Virus record (IMG/VR): IMGVR_UViG_3300037418_004082
Strand: one strand, 5' to 3'
Source of the DNA: a virus
DNA length: 64,000 nt
Under the pieces are notes generated by a model. It searched no databases. It had not been told where the DNA came from and saw only the letters and a program-made list of their open reading frames with translations. Each line of letters opens with the position of its first letter. The first letter of the stretch is position 1. Position numbers and translations under genes: made by a program. Shown here piece after piece: positions 26,121 to 35,725 of this stretch.

Positions 26121-26253
26121 CGCGCAGCGTTTCGACTCGCACCACGGCGGGAGCTGGCGTCAAGGCGGTGGATAGCACCTGCATCTCTTCTTGGTGGCGC
26201 TTCTCGTCGCTCGCCATGAGTTGCTGGATCTGACGCACGATGTCCTGGGGCAT
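26089..26253 (-). CDS. Lone antisense small coiled-coil protein (54 aa)
   Basis: SD GGAGGG about 9 nt before ATG 26253; occupies the only long gap on the + strand. Confidence 0.6.
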   Translation of the reverse strand: MPQDIVRQIQQLMASDEKRHQEEMQVLSTALTPAPAVVRVETLRVNPSRRTKPA

Positions 26254-26363
26254 ACGGACAGGCCCTCCAAAGAATTTTGGCTTACAAGGACATGATGCGC
26301 CCGCCCCGCCCGGACGCAACCGATTTTTACATTCCGTTACACAGAAGAAAGGGCGAAGATAGA

Positions 26364-26576
26364 ATGAGCACCAACATGTTGGTTCAGATCACCGTCGGGA
26401 GCAAGGTCTACGGCGGTCCGGTCAAGTCCCGCAACAACGTGAGCAACGACCCCCAGGACCCCACCTGGTACGTCGAGTTCACGCACGACGAGAAGAGCGC
26501 GGGCCCCACCGGCCAGCCCGGCTACTGGAAGCAAGGCATCGACCCCGGCCACGTTCAGTTCGTGGAGACGAAGTAG
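26364..26576 (+). CDS. Hypothetical protein
   Basis: SD AAAGGG; MSTNML start. Confidence 0.7.
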   Translation: MSTNMLVQITVGSKVYGGPVKSRNNVSNDPQDPTWYVEFTHDEKSAGPTGQPGYWKQGIDPGHVQFVETK

Positions 26577-27062
26577 ATGCCGGAGCTGGAGTACAACAAG
26601 ACCAAGCACCACCAGTCCCCCAACCTGGTCGCCTACACGCTGGCCTTTGATGGCACACCCATCGGTTACGTCTGGCCCGACCCTTTGGGGAACTGGTGGC
26701 ACGCTGCGGTCGAGCCCAAGGGCATGCCGCTTCGTCAAATTTACCGCTTCGGCACGCCCGACCTCTCGTTCACGAGCAAGGGCGAAGCGGGACAGGCCGT
26801 GCTCGAAGCGTCTAGCTGGACGAATATGCAGTGGTCCACGTACGAGCTGGCACGTGGCACCACCAAGGTGTACGACGAGTTGGAGCTGATGCTTGCCAAG
26901 GTCAAGAAAGCTTCCGACATCATCACCGAAACCCGCAAGGTCAGCTACGCCCCCGACAGCGTGACGCAACTGAAGAACGAGCTGTACGTGTTGGGGGCAC
27001 GTGTGAAAGACCTTCTCGACAAAGCGAAGGTGGAAAAGGACAAAGCATGTTTGAAAAGCTGA
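26577..27062 (+). CDS. Hypothetical protein
   Basis: Abuts the upstream stop. Confidence 0.75.
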   Translation: MPELEYNKTKHHQSPNLVAYTLAFDGTPIGYVWPDPLGNWWHAAVEPKGMPLRQIYRFGTPDLSFTSKGEAGQAVLEASSWTNMQWSTYELARGTTKVYDELELMLAKVKKASDIITETRKVSYAPDSVTQLKNELYVLGARVKDLLDKAKVEKDKACLKS

Positions 27063-27442
27063 AAGCGGGCGATATGTCGCCCCATCCGGTTCTCAAGCTC
27101 GTTAAGGAGCAGGCTCCGAATGTGGCGATCGAGCTGTGGTGCCAGCCGCGTGAAGCAGGCGCAGACGAGCCGCGGTGGATTCCGTTCGAGGTGCGAGCGC
27201 TCTACGTGCACAAGGGCGAACTCGTCACCGGCAAGGCCGACGCGCCCCTGCTGCAGTCGAGCGTCTGGCCCGACATGCTGCCCGTGTACGTGGAGGAGGC
27301 GCTGGCTGCATTGTGGCTGCAGCTCAAGGACGAGCCGCCCGACGGTCTGCTCAACTACCCCTACTCCGCCCTACTCGCCGTGAAGGGCTTCCGCACGCGA
27401 CCGAAGGCCGAATGGTGGCCGATGCCGGAGGCGACGCCATGA
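27047..27442 (+). CDS. Hypothetical protein
   Basis: SD AAAAGGA; MFEKLK start. Confidence 0.75.
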   Translation: MFEKLKAGDMSPHPVLKLVKEQAPNVAIELWCQPREAGADEPRWIPFEVRALYVHKGELVTGKADAPLLQSSVWPDMLPVYVEEALAALWLQLKDEPPDGLLNYPYSALLAVKGFRTRPKAEWWPMPEATP

Positions 27443-27741
27443 CGGCGAAGTTCCCGTTCTACGACGGCCCCTGCATCGTCAGCCTCTCGCCCGCTCCCGA
27501 CGTCAACACGTGGCTCGTCCGCGTGGACACCGTCGAGGTGGGCTTGGTCAAGCCGTACGTGAACCTTGAGCTGGCCTTCGAAGGCTTCGTCTTCGACGAC
27601 AACCCCTTCCCGTTCAACGAGCTGTGGGATGCGGCGCGTGCGTTGGTGACGGCGCAGATGTGGCGGGCGAGTACGCGCAGCAATCCGAAGAACCCACGGC
27701 CCTTCCTCGACGTCCTCCAGGACGTGGTCAAGGGCCGTTAG
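27439..27741 (+). CDS. Hypothetical protein
   Basis: SD GGAGG; ATGA overlap. Confidence 0.75.
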   Translation: MTAKFPFYDGPCIVSLSPAPDVNTWLVRVDTVEVGLVKPYVNLELAFEGFVFDDNPFPFNELWDAARALVTAQMWRASTRSNPKNPRPFLDVLQDVVKGR

Positions 27742-27809
27742 GGTGTGACGGCGCCGCCCACCGCTTCATCCATCGTGGGTGAGGCGGTGGTCGGTCAAGG
27801 AGATAGGCT

Positions 27810-28205
27810 ATGAGTGAAAACCCCAACTTCTACGAACGCTACCGCGCTGAAGAAGCGCGGCGTAGTAAAGAGCATGAAGAAAAGATCGCCAAGTGGGACC
27901 GTGAACGTGCGCCAACCGACCCGAAAGAAGGCTGGGTCGTCGTCAACAAGAAGGCTACCAAGAAGGTCATTCACGTTACGGTAACAAGCGCTCATAACCG
28001 CAGCGAGGACCCGGACCACGACTGGTTCCACACCAGCGACGGATCGACGTACGCGCGTACTCGGATTCACGCGACTCGACGCGACGCATTGACGGAGTTG
28101 ATGCACATTTACGACAAGCTGCACGAAATGCACTCGAACAACGCTAGTAAGGCCGGCAACATGTGGGAGAAGGTCAAGCGCGAGCGCAATGCCTGCACCG
28201 ACTGA
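27810..28205 (+). CDS. Hypothetical protein
   Basis: SD AAGGAG after a long hairpin. Confidence 0.8.
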   Translation: MSENPNFYERYRAEEARRSKEHEEKIAKWDRERAPTDPKEGWVVVNKKATKKVIHVTVTSAHNRSEDPDHDWFHTSDGSTYARTRIHATRRDALTELMHIYDKLHEMHSNNASKAGNMWEKVKRERNACTD

Positions 28206-28548
28206 CCCCTACGAGAACAAGGTCAAGATATGCGACCGTCCATGCCCCGAATGCCCCTTCGTGGGCGGTCTCAAGCTTCGGCCTGGCCGCCTGCAGGAGA
28301 TCATCCGGGAGACGAAGCAGGGCGGCCAGTTCCCGTGCCACAAGGCCATCTACGAGAAGCGCCAAAACGTGCTGTGCGCGGGCTGGGACAAGGTTGTCCG
28401 GCCCAACGCCACGCGCATGGCGGAACGGTTCGGCATTCTGGTCGAGGTGGACCTCGACACGCTACCCAAACTCACGGGTGCTGCCGCTCGTCACGAGCTG
28501 CGCAACGTGTTCACCGACGAGGAGTATGACGACAATGGCTTCGACTAA
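28189..28548 (+). CDS. Cys-rich zinc-binding hypothetical protein
   Basis: CPECPF...FPCHK...CAG. Confidence 0.75.
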   Translation: MPAPTDPYENKVKICDRPCPECPFVGGLKLRPGRLQEIIRETKQGGQFPCHKAIYEKRQNVLCAGWDKVVRPNATRMAERFGILVEVDLDTLPKLTGAAARHELRNVFTDEEYDDNGFD

Positions 28549-29134
28549 CGAGCCCACGGTTCCCCCTTTGACGCCCATCATCGCCGGCCGGATGGAGGTC
28601 CATCCGCAAGAGCCGTACAAGGTTGGCATGAACAAGGACAAGGAGCAGATCGAGATTCACGTGGCTGGCGAGGTTTGCACCTCGATCACCCGCGTGTTCG
28701 GTTCGGAGATCGACGACCTGATCACGGCGCTCGTGACGTACCGCGAGCGTCATCGCGGCGTGATGGAGAACCCCATCCACCTGCAGGCGTCGAGCACGGG
28801 CCTGATGGAGCGCGTGATCCGCCAGCGCTTCGGCGAGGCCAAGCGCGAGCTGGAGAACCTGGGCTACACCGTGGATCCCTACAAGAAGGACATCCACGGC
28901 AACTCGTTCTTCGTGTGGCCCGTGCGTGTCACGCGGCCCGGTGGCCGGTCGAACGAGAGCATCGTGGTCCGCGACTGCGCCGATGTCGAGACGCTCGAAG
29001 GGGTGCTCGAACACGTGCGGCCTTTCGGCCACGTGTCGCACGGCGAGCTGGACCGCATGGAGAGCGGCCGGCTCTACCGGGACTACGAGCTGGAGCGTGC
29101 GCGCGATCGCGCGGCCAAGTTCCCGGGAGAGTAG
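28535..29134 (+). CDS. Hypothetical protein
   Basis: SD GAGGAG; MASTNE start. Confidence 0.75.
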   Translation: MASTNEPTVPPLTPIIAGRMEVHPQEPYKVGMNKDKEQIEIHVAGEVCTSITRVFGSEIDDLITALVTYRERHRGVMENPIHLQASSTGLMERVIRQRFGEAKRELENLGYTVDPYKKDIHGNSFFVWPVRVTRPGGRSNESIVVRDCADVETLEGVLEHVRPFGHVSHGELDRMESGRLYRDYELERARDRAAKFPGE

Positions 29135-29137
29135 CCC

Positions 29138-29299
29138 GTGATCCCGTTCACCTATCCGCCCGGCTGGCCTGTCTGGTCGGGCATCCCCATCGCCATCCTC
29201 TTGCTGGCGGCCATCTGGTGGCTGGATAGCCGTCAGCCGCCTCACGACAAGGAGTCCATCACCCATGACCACCAAGACCAAGCTGACCTTCGGCCTTGA
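29138..29299 (+). CDS. Small membrane protein (53 aa)
   Basis: Hand translation ...WSGIPIAILLLAAIWWLD...; SD GGGAG. Confidence 0.55.
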   Translation: MIPFTYPPGWPVWSGIPIAILLLAAIWWLDSRQPPHDKESITHDHQDQADLRP

Positions 29300-29663
29300 C
29301 GCGGCGCTGCCGCCGAACTGCCCGTTCGCGTGGGGCGCACGAGCGGTCTACGACAGCTCGAACCTCAAGAAGGGGAAGTTCGACATCCCCCTCACCAACC
29401 GGGACTCCTTCGGGCCGGTCGAGCTGCGACAGAAGATGCTCGCGACCCTGGAGAAGGGGCAGGCGCTGGAGAAGTCCGCCAAGGAGCTGTACAAGAAGGA
29501 CGTGGGCAACCACGACGACACGCACCACACGGTGTACATCGCCAATGGCTACGTCATCAAGGCACGCAGCTATGGCGGCTACATCTACCTGGTGGCCTAC
29601 CCGAACCCGGACTTCCCGGGCAACAAGGCGCTGTACGACGGCACCTACAAGACGGAGTCGTAG
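29265..29663 (+). CDS. Hypothetical protein
   Basis: SD AAGGAG; FAWGARAVY motif. Confidence 0.8.
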   Translation: MTTKTKLTFGLDAALPPNCPFAWGARAVYDSSNLKKGKFDIPLTNRDSFGPVELRQKMLATLEKGQALEKSAKELYKKDVGNHDDTHHTVYIANGYVIKARSYGGYIYLVAYPNPDFPGNKALYDGTYKTES

Positions 29664-29665
29664 CC

Positions 29666-30244
29666 GTGTACACGATCCTCAAGAAGACCGCCCAGGTCGA
29701 TCCCCGCCCCGGCGGCACCATCACCTACTACCGCATCGAGCTGCCGGACGGCACCCACATCGGTGACGTGCGGCACGAGAGCCAGGGTCGCTGGAAGGCG
29801 TTCCTGCCGTCCGACCGCCGGCCATGCGACCCGGACACGCTGCTGATGCAGCCGGGCAAGAGCTTCGAGAAGTACAACGGCCAGAAGGCGGCGGCCGACC
29901 GCCTTCTGGAGTGGCACAACTGGTCGTCTTCGGAGAAGCTGGCCGACGTGACGCTGCGGCAGCGGCGCGCCGAAACGGAGCGCTTGCGCATCCGGCAAGG
30001 TGGTTTGCACGGCATCGTGACCGACGTAGAGAAGTGGAGCGAGCAGGTCCACACGGTCCCGGGCGTGCAGGAGAAGATGCAGCAGGCGCTGCCGCACCTC
30101 AAGGCGGCCTTCGAGCTGATGTGGGACGCCTACCGCGAGTCCATCCCCGACGACGAGCGCGAGCACGGCCTTCACAAGAACGCCTTGACCATGGGCGTCT
30201 TGTTGACGCTGGGCCGCGGTCTTCACGATCCGAGGAACAAGTAG
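29666..30244 (+). CDS. Hypothetical protein
   Basis: SD GGAG; GTG start. Confidence 0.75.
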   Translation: MYTILKKTAQVDPRPGGTITYYRIELPDGTHIGDVRHESQGRWKAFLPSDRRPCDPDTLLMQPGKSFEKYNGQKAAADRLLEWHNWSSSEKLADVTLRQRRAETERLRIRQGGLHGIVTDVEKWSEQVHTVPGVQEKMQQALPHLKAAFELMWDAYRESIPDDEREHGLHKNALTMGVLLTLGRGLHDPRNK

Positions 30245-30631
30245 ATGGCCGAAAAGCCGCGCCACTTCCACCGCACCGTCGCCCTGGCGTTGTCGCCAAA
30301 GGTCTCGTTGAACTTCTTCGAGACCGTGAAGCAGCACACCAAGGCACAAGCTCTGGTTGATCAGGCACGTCGCTTTGCACGCAAAGGCCACGTGCTGCTC
30401 ATCTGGAACAACGTCGATTGGGACTACTGGGGCCCTAAAGGAAACGGGGACTCCGGTGTATTTCCTATCGGCAACTTCGTGGAGAGCCTTCGCGAAGAAG
30501 ACTACCGATACGTGCGTACCGAAGACCCGCACGACGTTACGATACACGGCACCCTAAAAGGCCCGTTCGCTCTGGACGCTCACGTGCAAGTGACGTTCAA
30601 GGCCGACGGTTTGACGGAGAGCATCGCTTGA
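30245..30631 (+). CDS. Hypothetical protein
   Basis: Abuts the upstream stop. Confidence 0.75.
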   Translation: MAEKPRHFHRTVALALSPKVSLNFFETVKQHTKAQALVDQARRFARKGHVLLIWNNVDWDYWGPKGNGDSGVFPIGNFVESLREEDYRYVRTEDPHDVTIHGTLKGPFALDAHVQVTFKADGLTESIA

Positions 30632-31203
30632 CCAAGACCAAACCCCTCACCACCGACGAGATCCTCGGCCAGCTCGCGCAAATGAAGGGCGAGAGCGTGT
30701 CGATGAACGACCTCGTCCCCCTCATCGCGGCCGCCGCGCAGGCGCAAGTGGAGCGCAAGCGCGCCAAGGAAGAAGCGCGTCTCGACGAGCTGGTGGAGAC
30801 CCTGACGACGTGGACCACCACGTTCGACGACTTCACGAACCTGATGGAGAACTTCCGCGGCCAGGGCATGGCGCCACCCGACACCCCCGCGTGGTTGGAG
30901 TCGATCGGCTTCGACAGCTCCTTCCTGGAGGAGCTGTACCCGCAGGCGTACGCGCTGCACGAGAAGTTCGAGCAGATGCGGGATCAGGCCCAGGAGCTGC
31001 GCGACCTCCACGTGAACAAGACGCGAGCCCTGGCCGCCCTGCCGTCGGGCTGGGAGATCGGCGTCGTCCGACGGCCGACCGGCATGCACGACATCGTCAT
31101 CAACGGCGGCACCACGAAGTGGTACGGGGAGACGCCGGCCGAAGCCTGGGGTGAAGCCGCCGACGGGCTGGAAGCCTCGACCAACGAGATCCCGTGGCGA
31201 TGA
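30628..31203 (+). CDS. Hypothetical helical protein
   Basis: SD GGAG; TTGA overlap. Confidence 0.8.
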   Translation: MTKTKPLTTDEILGQLAQMKGESVSMNDLVPLIAAAAQAQVERKRAKEEARLDELVETLTTWTTTFDDFTNLMENFRGQGMAPPDTPAWLESIGFDSSFLEELYPQAYALHEKFEQMRDQAQELRDLHVNKTRALAALPSGWEIGVVRRPTGMHDIVINGGTTKWYGETPAEAWGEAADGLEASTNEIPWR

Positions 31204-31337
31204 GCGTGCGTAGCCTGAACTACTGGCTCTACCACGGTCTCTCGTTCAAACAGGCCGTCCGTCGTGAGCGCAAGGTGCAGTGGGTGCTGCGCCTTGTGTG
31301 GTTCCTCGTGGGCCTTGTGCTCGGAAAGGTGCTCTAA
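31200..31337 (+). CDS. Small membrane peptide (45 aa)
   Basis: Hand translation ...KVQWVLRLVWFLVGLVLGKVL; ATGA overlap. Confidence 0.55.
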   Translation: MSVRSLNYWLYHGLSFKQAVRRERKVQWVLRLVWFLVGLVLGKVL

Positions 31338-31341
31338 ACCT

Positions 31342-31569
31342 ATGAAACACGTCGTTAATGGTGTTACACCAGAGCGGTTCGTCAAGACCGATCGTCAAGA
31401 CGGCAAGGACATCGGATACATCCTCGTGTTCTGGTGTAACCAATGGGTCACCGCGGCGTATCGCGAAGGCGATAACGAGTGGGCTCACGGTAACTACTGG
31501 GGCGCTAACGAGAAGGAGAAGGCGATCGAAGACTTGAACAAGCGTGTCGCTAATAAGGGCCGCCTGTAG
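31342..31569 (+). CDS. Hypothetical protein
   Basis: WVTA...WAHGNY pattern. Confidence 0.65.
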   Translation: MKHVVNGVTPERFVKTDRQDGKDIGYILVFWCNQWVTAAYREGDNEWAHGNYWGANEKEKAIEDLNKRVANKGRL

Positions 31570-31605
31570 GCACGTAACAGAAATTGTCTGAAGAAAGGAG
31601 GGACC

Positions 31606-31887
31606 GTGCCCGCGCAGACCCCGGAGTTCTATGATGCCATCGAGCACGCCGACCTCGTTGCTCGACGAGCGCAGAACGTTGCGTTTCAAACCATGAAGGT
31701 CCTTGCAGCACTCGATGCTGCATCCAAAGAGAGCCTCGTGCGGGCGGCCTTGGAAAAGACGAAACCAAGGATCGACCGCGACGAGGTGTTCTTGGCCGCA
31801 CGACGACTGGTTGACTTTGCCGAAAGCCTATCACGCGCGGCCGACGGCTTGTCCGCGACGTTTGCAGCCGCAGCAGGATCGATATAA
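31606..31887 (+). CDS. Hypothetical protein
   Basis: SD AAAGGAGG. Confidence 0.75.
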   Translation: MPAQTPEFYDAIEHADLVARRAQNVAFQTMKVLAALDAASKESLVRAALEKTKPRIDRDEVFLAARRLVDFAESLSRAADGLSATFAAAAGSI

Positions 31888-31915
31888 CAGCAACTATCTG
31901 GAAAGGAGGCCCGAC

Positions 31916-32137
31916 ATGGGCACCAAGATCGAGTTGCCGCCCGTTGGCGGCCAGTGCAGCTTCACGACCATCAAGGAGTACGCCGAGGACCGCGACCTGG
32001 ACGTCAGCGGCGCGGGCGAGGACAAGTACGGCGAAGGCCCTGACGAGGTGATCGTCGTGTCGGACCCCAACGCCGAGCCGAAGGTCTTCGTCTGGTCCGG
32101 CCACGCCCAGGGCTCCGTCTACAAGCGGGTCTACTAG
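31916..32137 (+). CDS. Hypothetical protein
   Basis: SD AAAGGAGG. Confidence 0.8.
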   Translation: MGTKIELPPVGGQCSFTTIKEYAEDRDLDVSGAGEDKYGEGPDEVIVVSDPNAEPKVFVWSGHAQGSVYKRVY

Positions 32138-32177
32138 GCCAGATAATCGACGTTATGTCGAGAAAGAGGTAGTAAAA

Positions 32178-32699
32178 ATGCAAAACGAACTCATCGAGAA
32201 AGCGAAGTTCATCCTCGCGAACACGGACGATCAGCCCGATGTGGACGTCACCCCCGCGGACGCGCGGGCCTTGGCCGAGGCTGTGCTCGCGCACTTCGCG
32301 CCCGCCAAGCCCCGGCTGGGCCGCGTGGGCATCGAGATCGCCTACACGGTGGACCTGGATGACGAGCGCCAGGTCGAGCGCGCCAAAGAGGCGGCCTACG
32401 AAGACCTCCAGAACTACATCAAGCATGACGAGGTCGCGACGGCGGAGGTATTCAGCACCGAGCCCCTCTCGGCCGAGTCCATCCCAGAGTTCATCCTGCG
32501 CGAGACCACGTGGCTTGACGCCGCGAAGGCTCACCTGCTGGAGCTGTGGCGCGGCGGACTCGACTTCGAGGACGAGGACGGAATGCAGGAGACGATCACA
32601 AACGTCAAGGAGAAGCACGGTCTCGAAGACGACGACGAGCTGTGGCGCTACCTCGACGAGTTGATCGCCAAGCACGAGGAGGATAAGCGTGCAGAATAA
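32178..32699 (+). CDS. Acidic hypothetical protein
   Basis: SD AGAGG; D/E-rich C-terminal half. Confidence 0.8.
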   Translation: MQNELIEKAKFILANTDDQPDVDVTPADARALAEAVLAHFAPAKPRLGRVGIEIAYTVDLDDERQVERAKEAAYEDLQNYIKHDEVATAEVFSTEPLSAESIPEFILRETTWLDAAKAHLLELWRGGLDFEDEDGMQETITNVKEKHGLEDDDELWRYLDELIAKHEEDKRAE

Positions 32700-33054
32700 T
32701 CGCTGCGGCGTGTGCAAGAACTGCAAGCAGGTCGAAAAGACGAAGGGCCATATGCTTGCCATCAGCGCGCAACACCAGCAGAACATTCATGACGGGCGTG
32801 GTCACGACGACGGCACGGTGGCCGTGTGGAACGACACGTTGCGGGACTTCCCGTGCACGGGCAGCTTCACGTACGAGCCGGGCCGCAACATCTACAAGAA
32901 CGGCGAGCCGTTCATCAGCGTCAACCGAACGGGCGAGACGACGCCCGAACACGCCGACGCGATGACGCGGCACCTCGTGGACCTGCTCAACGCCCATCCG
33001 GCCACGATGGAAGCCATCTTCGAGAAGCACCGGGAGGCCCTGCGCGATGCGTAA
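32689..33054 (+). CDS. Hypothetical protein with an N-terminal CGVCKNC
   Basis: SD GGAGG. Confidence 0.75.
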   Translation: MQNNRCGVCKNCKQVEKTKGHMLAISAQHQQNIHDGRGHDDGTVAVWNDTLRDFPCTGSFTYEPGRNIYKNGEPFISVNRTGETTPEHADAMTRHLVDLLNAHPATMEAIFEKHREALRDA

Positions 33055-33424
33055 GCAGTTGGTCTGCCCGCAGGGGTGCACCACCGGCATGTTCAGCGTC
33101 ACGGCCAACGTGCGCCGCGACCTGAACGCCGCCGGAGAGGAAGTAGGCCATGACTTCGAAGCCAGCATGGCCCAAGGCAAGCCCTGGTGTGGCTCCTGCC
33201 ACGCGGAGGCCGAGGTGCGTCAGTATCTGGAAGACGGCGACGCCATGTACGCAGTGGGCCGCGTCGAGTTCATCCTGGACTCGACCCAGAACGGTCACGA
33301 CCCGGCTGGCTTCCGCATCGGAAACTGGGGTGAGACGCACTTCGTGATTGACATCGGTGTCGATCGCGAAGACATTCGTCACGTGAAGAGCGACGACGCG
33401 GACCAGCTTTATTACGTGGAGTAG
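33047..33424 (+). CDS. Hypothetical protein with a zinc ribbon
   Basis: CPQGC...CGSC. Confidence 0.75.
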   Translation: MRKQLVCPQGCTTGMFSVTANVRRDLNAAGEEVGHDFEASMAQGKPWCGSCHAEAEVRQYLEDGDAMYAVGRVEFILDSTQNGHDPAGFRIGNWGETHFVIDIGVDREDIRHVKSDDADQLYYVE

Positions 33425-33435
33425 CGAGGAGCACC

Positions 33436-33702
33436 ATGTCGAACAACTACTACCGCCTCGTCGGTGCCTGGCACAGCAACGACCGCCGCGTGGAGGCCGT
33501 TCCCGAAGAACAGAAGGACCGCTTCGGGAACCTGCACCGCTTCCACCAGACCGCGAACCAAGACCTGGATAACGAGGCCCTCAAGGAGATTCAGTTTCAT
33601 ATCGACGCGCTCGCGCGCATCAAGGCCACGCTGGAGAAGGGTCGCTACGACTATCGTGCCAACGAGTGCGGGCCTATACCGCGGCCGCCGGAGGACACGT
33701 AG
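33436..33702 (+). CDS. Hypothetical protein
   Basis: SD GAGGAG. Confidence 0.75.
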   Translation: MSNNYYRLVGAWHSNDRRVEAVPEEQKDRFGNLHRFHQTANQDLDNEALKEIQFHIDALARIKATLEKGRYDYRANECGPIPRPPEDT

Positions 33703-34134
33703 ATGCAACGCTACGTTGCGGGCTTCCTGTTCAGCGAGAACGGGTCGTCGGTCGCGCTCGTGCTCAAGAGACGACCATCGTGGCAGGCTGGCAAGCTCAA
33801 CGGGATCGGCGGCAAGGTCGAGGAGGGTGAGAGCGTACCGTCCGCCATGGAGCGGGAGTTCCGCGAAGAGGCTGGTGTAGATTTCTACGGCTGGGTGCCG
33901 TTCGTGCGGCTGTGGCGTGCCGACACGTGGGAAGTCTTCTTTTACGTTGGCCGGTCACAAGTGATCGAGGCCGTCCGCACGATGACTGACGAACCCATCG
34001 TGGTCGTGGACACGGACCTCGTGTGCTTGCGTAACGACATAGTCCCCAACCTCAAGTGGCTCATCCCCATGGCGCTCAACGAGCACGTGGCGAAGGGTAC
34101 GTTCATTGACGTTGAAGACGTCGGCGGGTACTAG
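33703..34134 (+). CDS. Nudix hydrolase
   Basis: GIGGKVEEGESVPSAMEREFREEAGV Nudix box. Confidence 0.92.
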   Translation: MQRYVAGFLFSENGSSVALVLKRRPSWQAGKLNGIGGKVEEGESVPSAMEREFREEAGVDFYGWVPFVRLWRADTWEVFFYVGRSQVIEAVRTMTDEPIVVVDTDLVCLRNDIVPNLKWLIPMALNEHVAKGTFIDVEDVGGY

Positions 34135-34135
34135 C

Positions 34136-34462
34136 GTGGAAGATGCTTCGGACTTCATCTTCACGCCAGAAGACGACGTGCGTGACGCCTGGCACGTCGT
34201 TGACCGGATGCTCGACAAAGGGCGCATGACACGCGATCAGGCGATGAGCCTTTTCGGCCTCAAGCGCGTGCTGGCCGACGGCACGGTGGCAATGAGCGGT
34301 CAACGTGTGGCCGCTCGTCAAATGCCGGGACGAGCTGGTGTGCTTCGTCAAATCACTCATCACTGTTACAGCGATCGTCGCAAAAACCACTACACCATAG
34401 GCATCCGTTTTGAGGACGGATACTTCGACGAGTACCTGCCGGACGATGTAGTCTGGCTTTAG
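34136..34462 (+). CDS. Hypothetical protein
   Basis: Fills the gap; lower GC. Confidence 0.6.
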   Translation: MEDASDFIFTPEDDVRDAWHVVDRMLDKGRMTRDQAMSLFGLKRVLADGTVAMSGQRVAARQMPGRAGVLRQITHHCYSDRRKNHYTIGIRFEDGYFDEYLPDDVVWL

Positions 34463-34475
34463 ATAGGAGTATCAC

Positions 34476-34886
34476 GTGGATAAAAATTTCGTCACGTTGG
34501 AGCAGCACCTGTGTCAGGTGTGTGCGCGTAAGTTCGACACGAACAATTTGTTGATCAACACGCGAATGAAGGCCGTGTTCGACAAGTACACGCTCACGGG
34601 CTACGGCCTGTGCCAGGAGTGCCAGAAGCACTACGACAATGGGTTCGTCGCCATCGTCGGTGTGGACCCGAACAAGAGCGGCACGCGCAACGACACCCTC
34701 AAGCTGGAGGACGCGTACCGCACCGGGCGGATCGCCCACGTGCGCCGTACGGCGGCCCGCCAGGTGTTCGACGTGATTATCCCGGACGACATGGTCATGA
34801 TGTTCGCCGACGACGCCGTCATCGACGTGCTGAAGTCGATGGTGGAGGGCGCGGATACCCAGCAGGTCGAAGGGCAGAGCGAATGA
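34476..34886 (+). CDS. Conserved zinc-binding hypothetical protein
   Basis: EQHLCQVC...TGYGLCQEC...AYRTGRIAHV; SD AGGAG. Confidence 0.8.
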   Translation: MDKNFVTLEQHLCQVCARKFDTNNLLINTRMKAVFDKYTLTGYGLCQECQKHYDNGFVAIVGVDPNKSGTRNDTLKLEDAYRTGRIAHVRRTAARQVFDVIIPDDMVMMFADDAVIDVLKSMVEGADTQQVEGQSE

Positions 34887-35122
34887 ATCGCTTCAAGATT
34901 CCCGTCGAGATCGAGACCGACACGACAGGTATGACGGCCAAGGTCATACTGGAGCGCATCATCGAACTCGGCGTCGAGGCTTACAAGGAGAAGGGCATCA
35001 TGTCGTCGTACGAACTGGGCACGATCGACGTGTTGCCCGTCGGAGATCGTATTGAAGCCCTTCACTATGAATCGGTCAAGATGACGTCGTCGGACTGGAA
35101 TCTGACGAACGATCACGGATAA
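34883..35122 (+). CDS. Hypothetical protein
   Basis: ATGA overlap. Confidence 0.7.
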   Translation: MNRFKIPVEIETDTTGMTAKVILERIIELGVEAYKEKGIMSSYELGTIDVLPVGDRIEALHYESVKMTSSDWNLTNDHG

Positions 35123-35135
35123 GGAGTCGAACACG

Positions 35136-35561
35136 ATGACGGAAAAGAACTTGGAAAACATGAACCCACGTGAGCTGTTCGAGCATTTCACGGAAGACCT
35201 GGCGCATATCATGCGTGGTGTTGCCACCGACGCCTGCCTTGGCATCGTTCGGCCGGAAGACCTCGTGTACGCTAAACTGATGATTGGCGGACTCCTGGGC
35301 GCGGCCACCGACCTGCACAAGACCGGCGAGTTCACGCCCCAGCCGTCGGCCGACCACGAACTGGATGACGACCAGTTCGACGAGATCCGCATGCTGTGCC
35401 GCCACCTGACGAGCGATGGCAAGGCCACCCTGCTGGGCGAGACCTACGCGCTGGACGAGCTGCAGATGCGGTACGTGGCGGCATGTGCTGGCCGGGGCTT
35501 CACGCCGGAGCCGGAAGCGCTGCAGGAACGCAAGGCCGGCGGCAAGCGGAGGAGGAAGTAG
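35136..35561 (+). CDS. Hypothetical protein
   Basis: SD AAGGAG. Confidence 0.8.
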   Translation: MTEKNLENMNPRELFEHFTEDLAHIMRGVATDACLGIVRPEDLVYAKLMIGGLLGAATDLHKTGEFTPQPSADHELDDDQFDEIRMLCRHLTSDGKATLLGETYALDELQMRYVAACAGRGFTPEPEALQERKAGGKRRRK

Positions 35562-35563
35562 CC

Positions 35564-35725
35564 ATGGGCGAGCGCACCTACTTCGGGGTAGCCCTCGAAC
35601 CGGCCAACGAACGCGCCCGCGCGTGTGGTGTCCGCTGGGAGGCTCGCATCGGCAACGGCAAGCGCTTGTGCGCCGACACGCTGCGCGGCATCAAGCAGCT
35701 CGTGAAGAAGGAGTTGGGTCGATGA
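35564..35725 (+). CDS. Small basic hypothetical protein
   Basis: SD GGAGG. Confidence 0.65.
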   Translation: MGERTYFGVALEPANERARACGVRWEARIGNGKRLCADTLRGIKQLVKKELGR

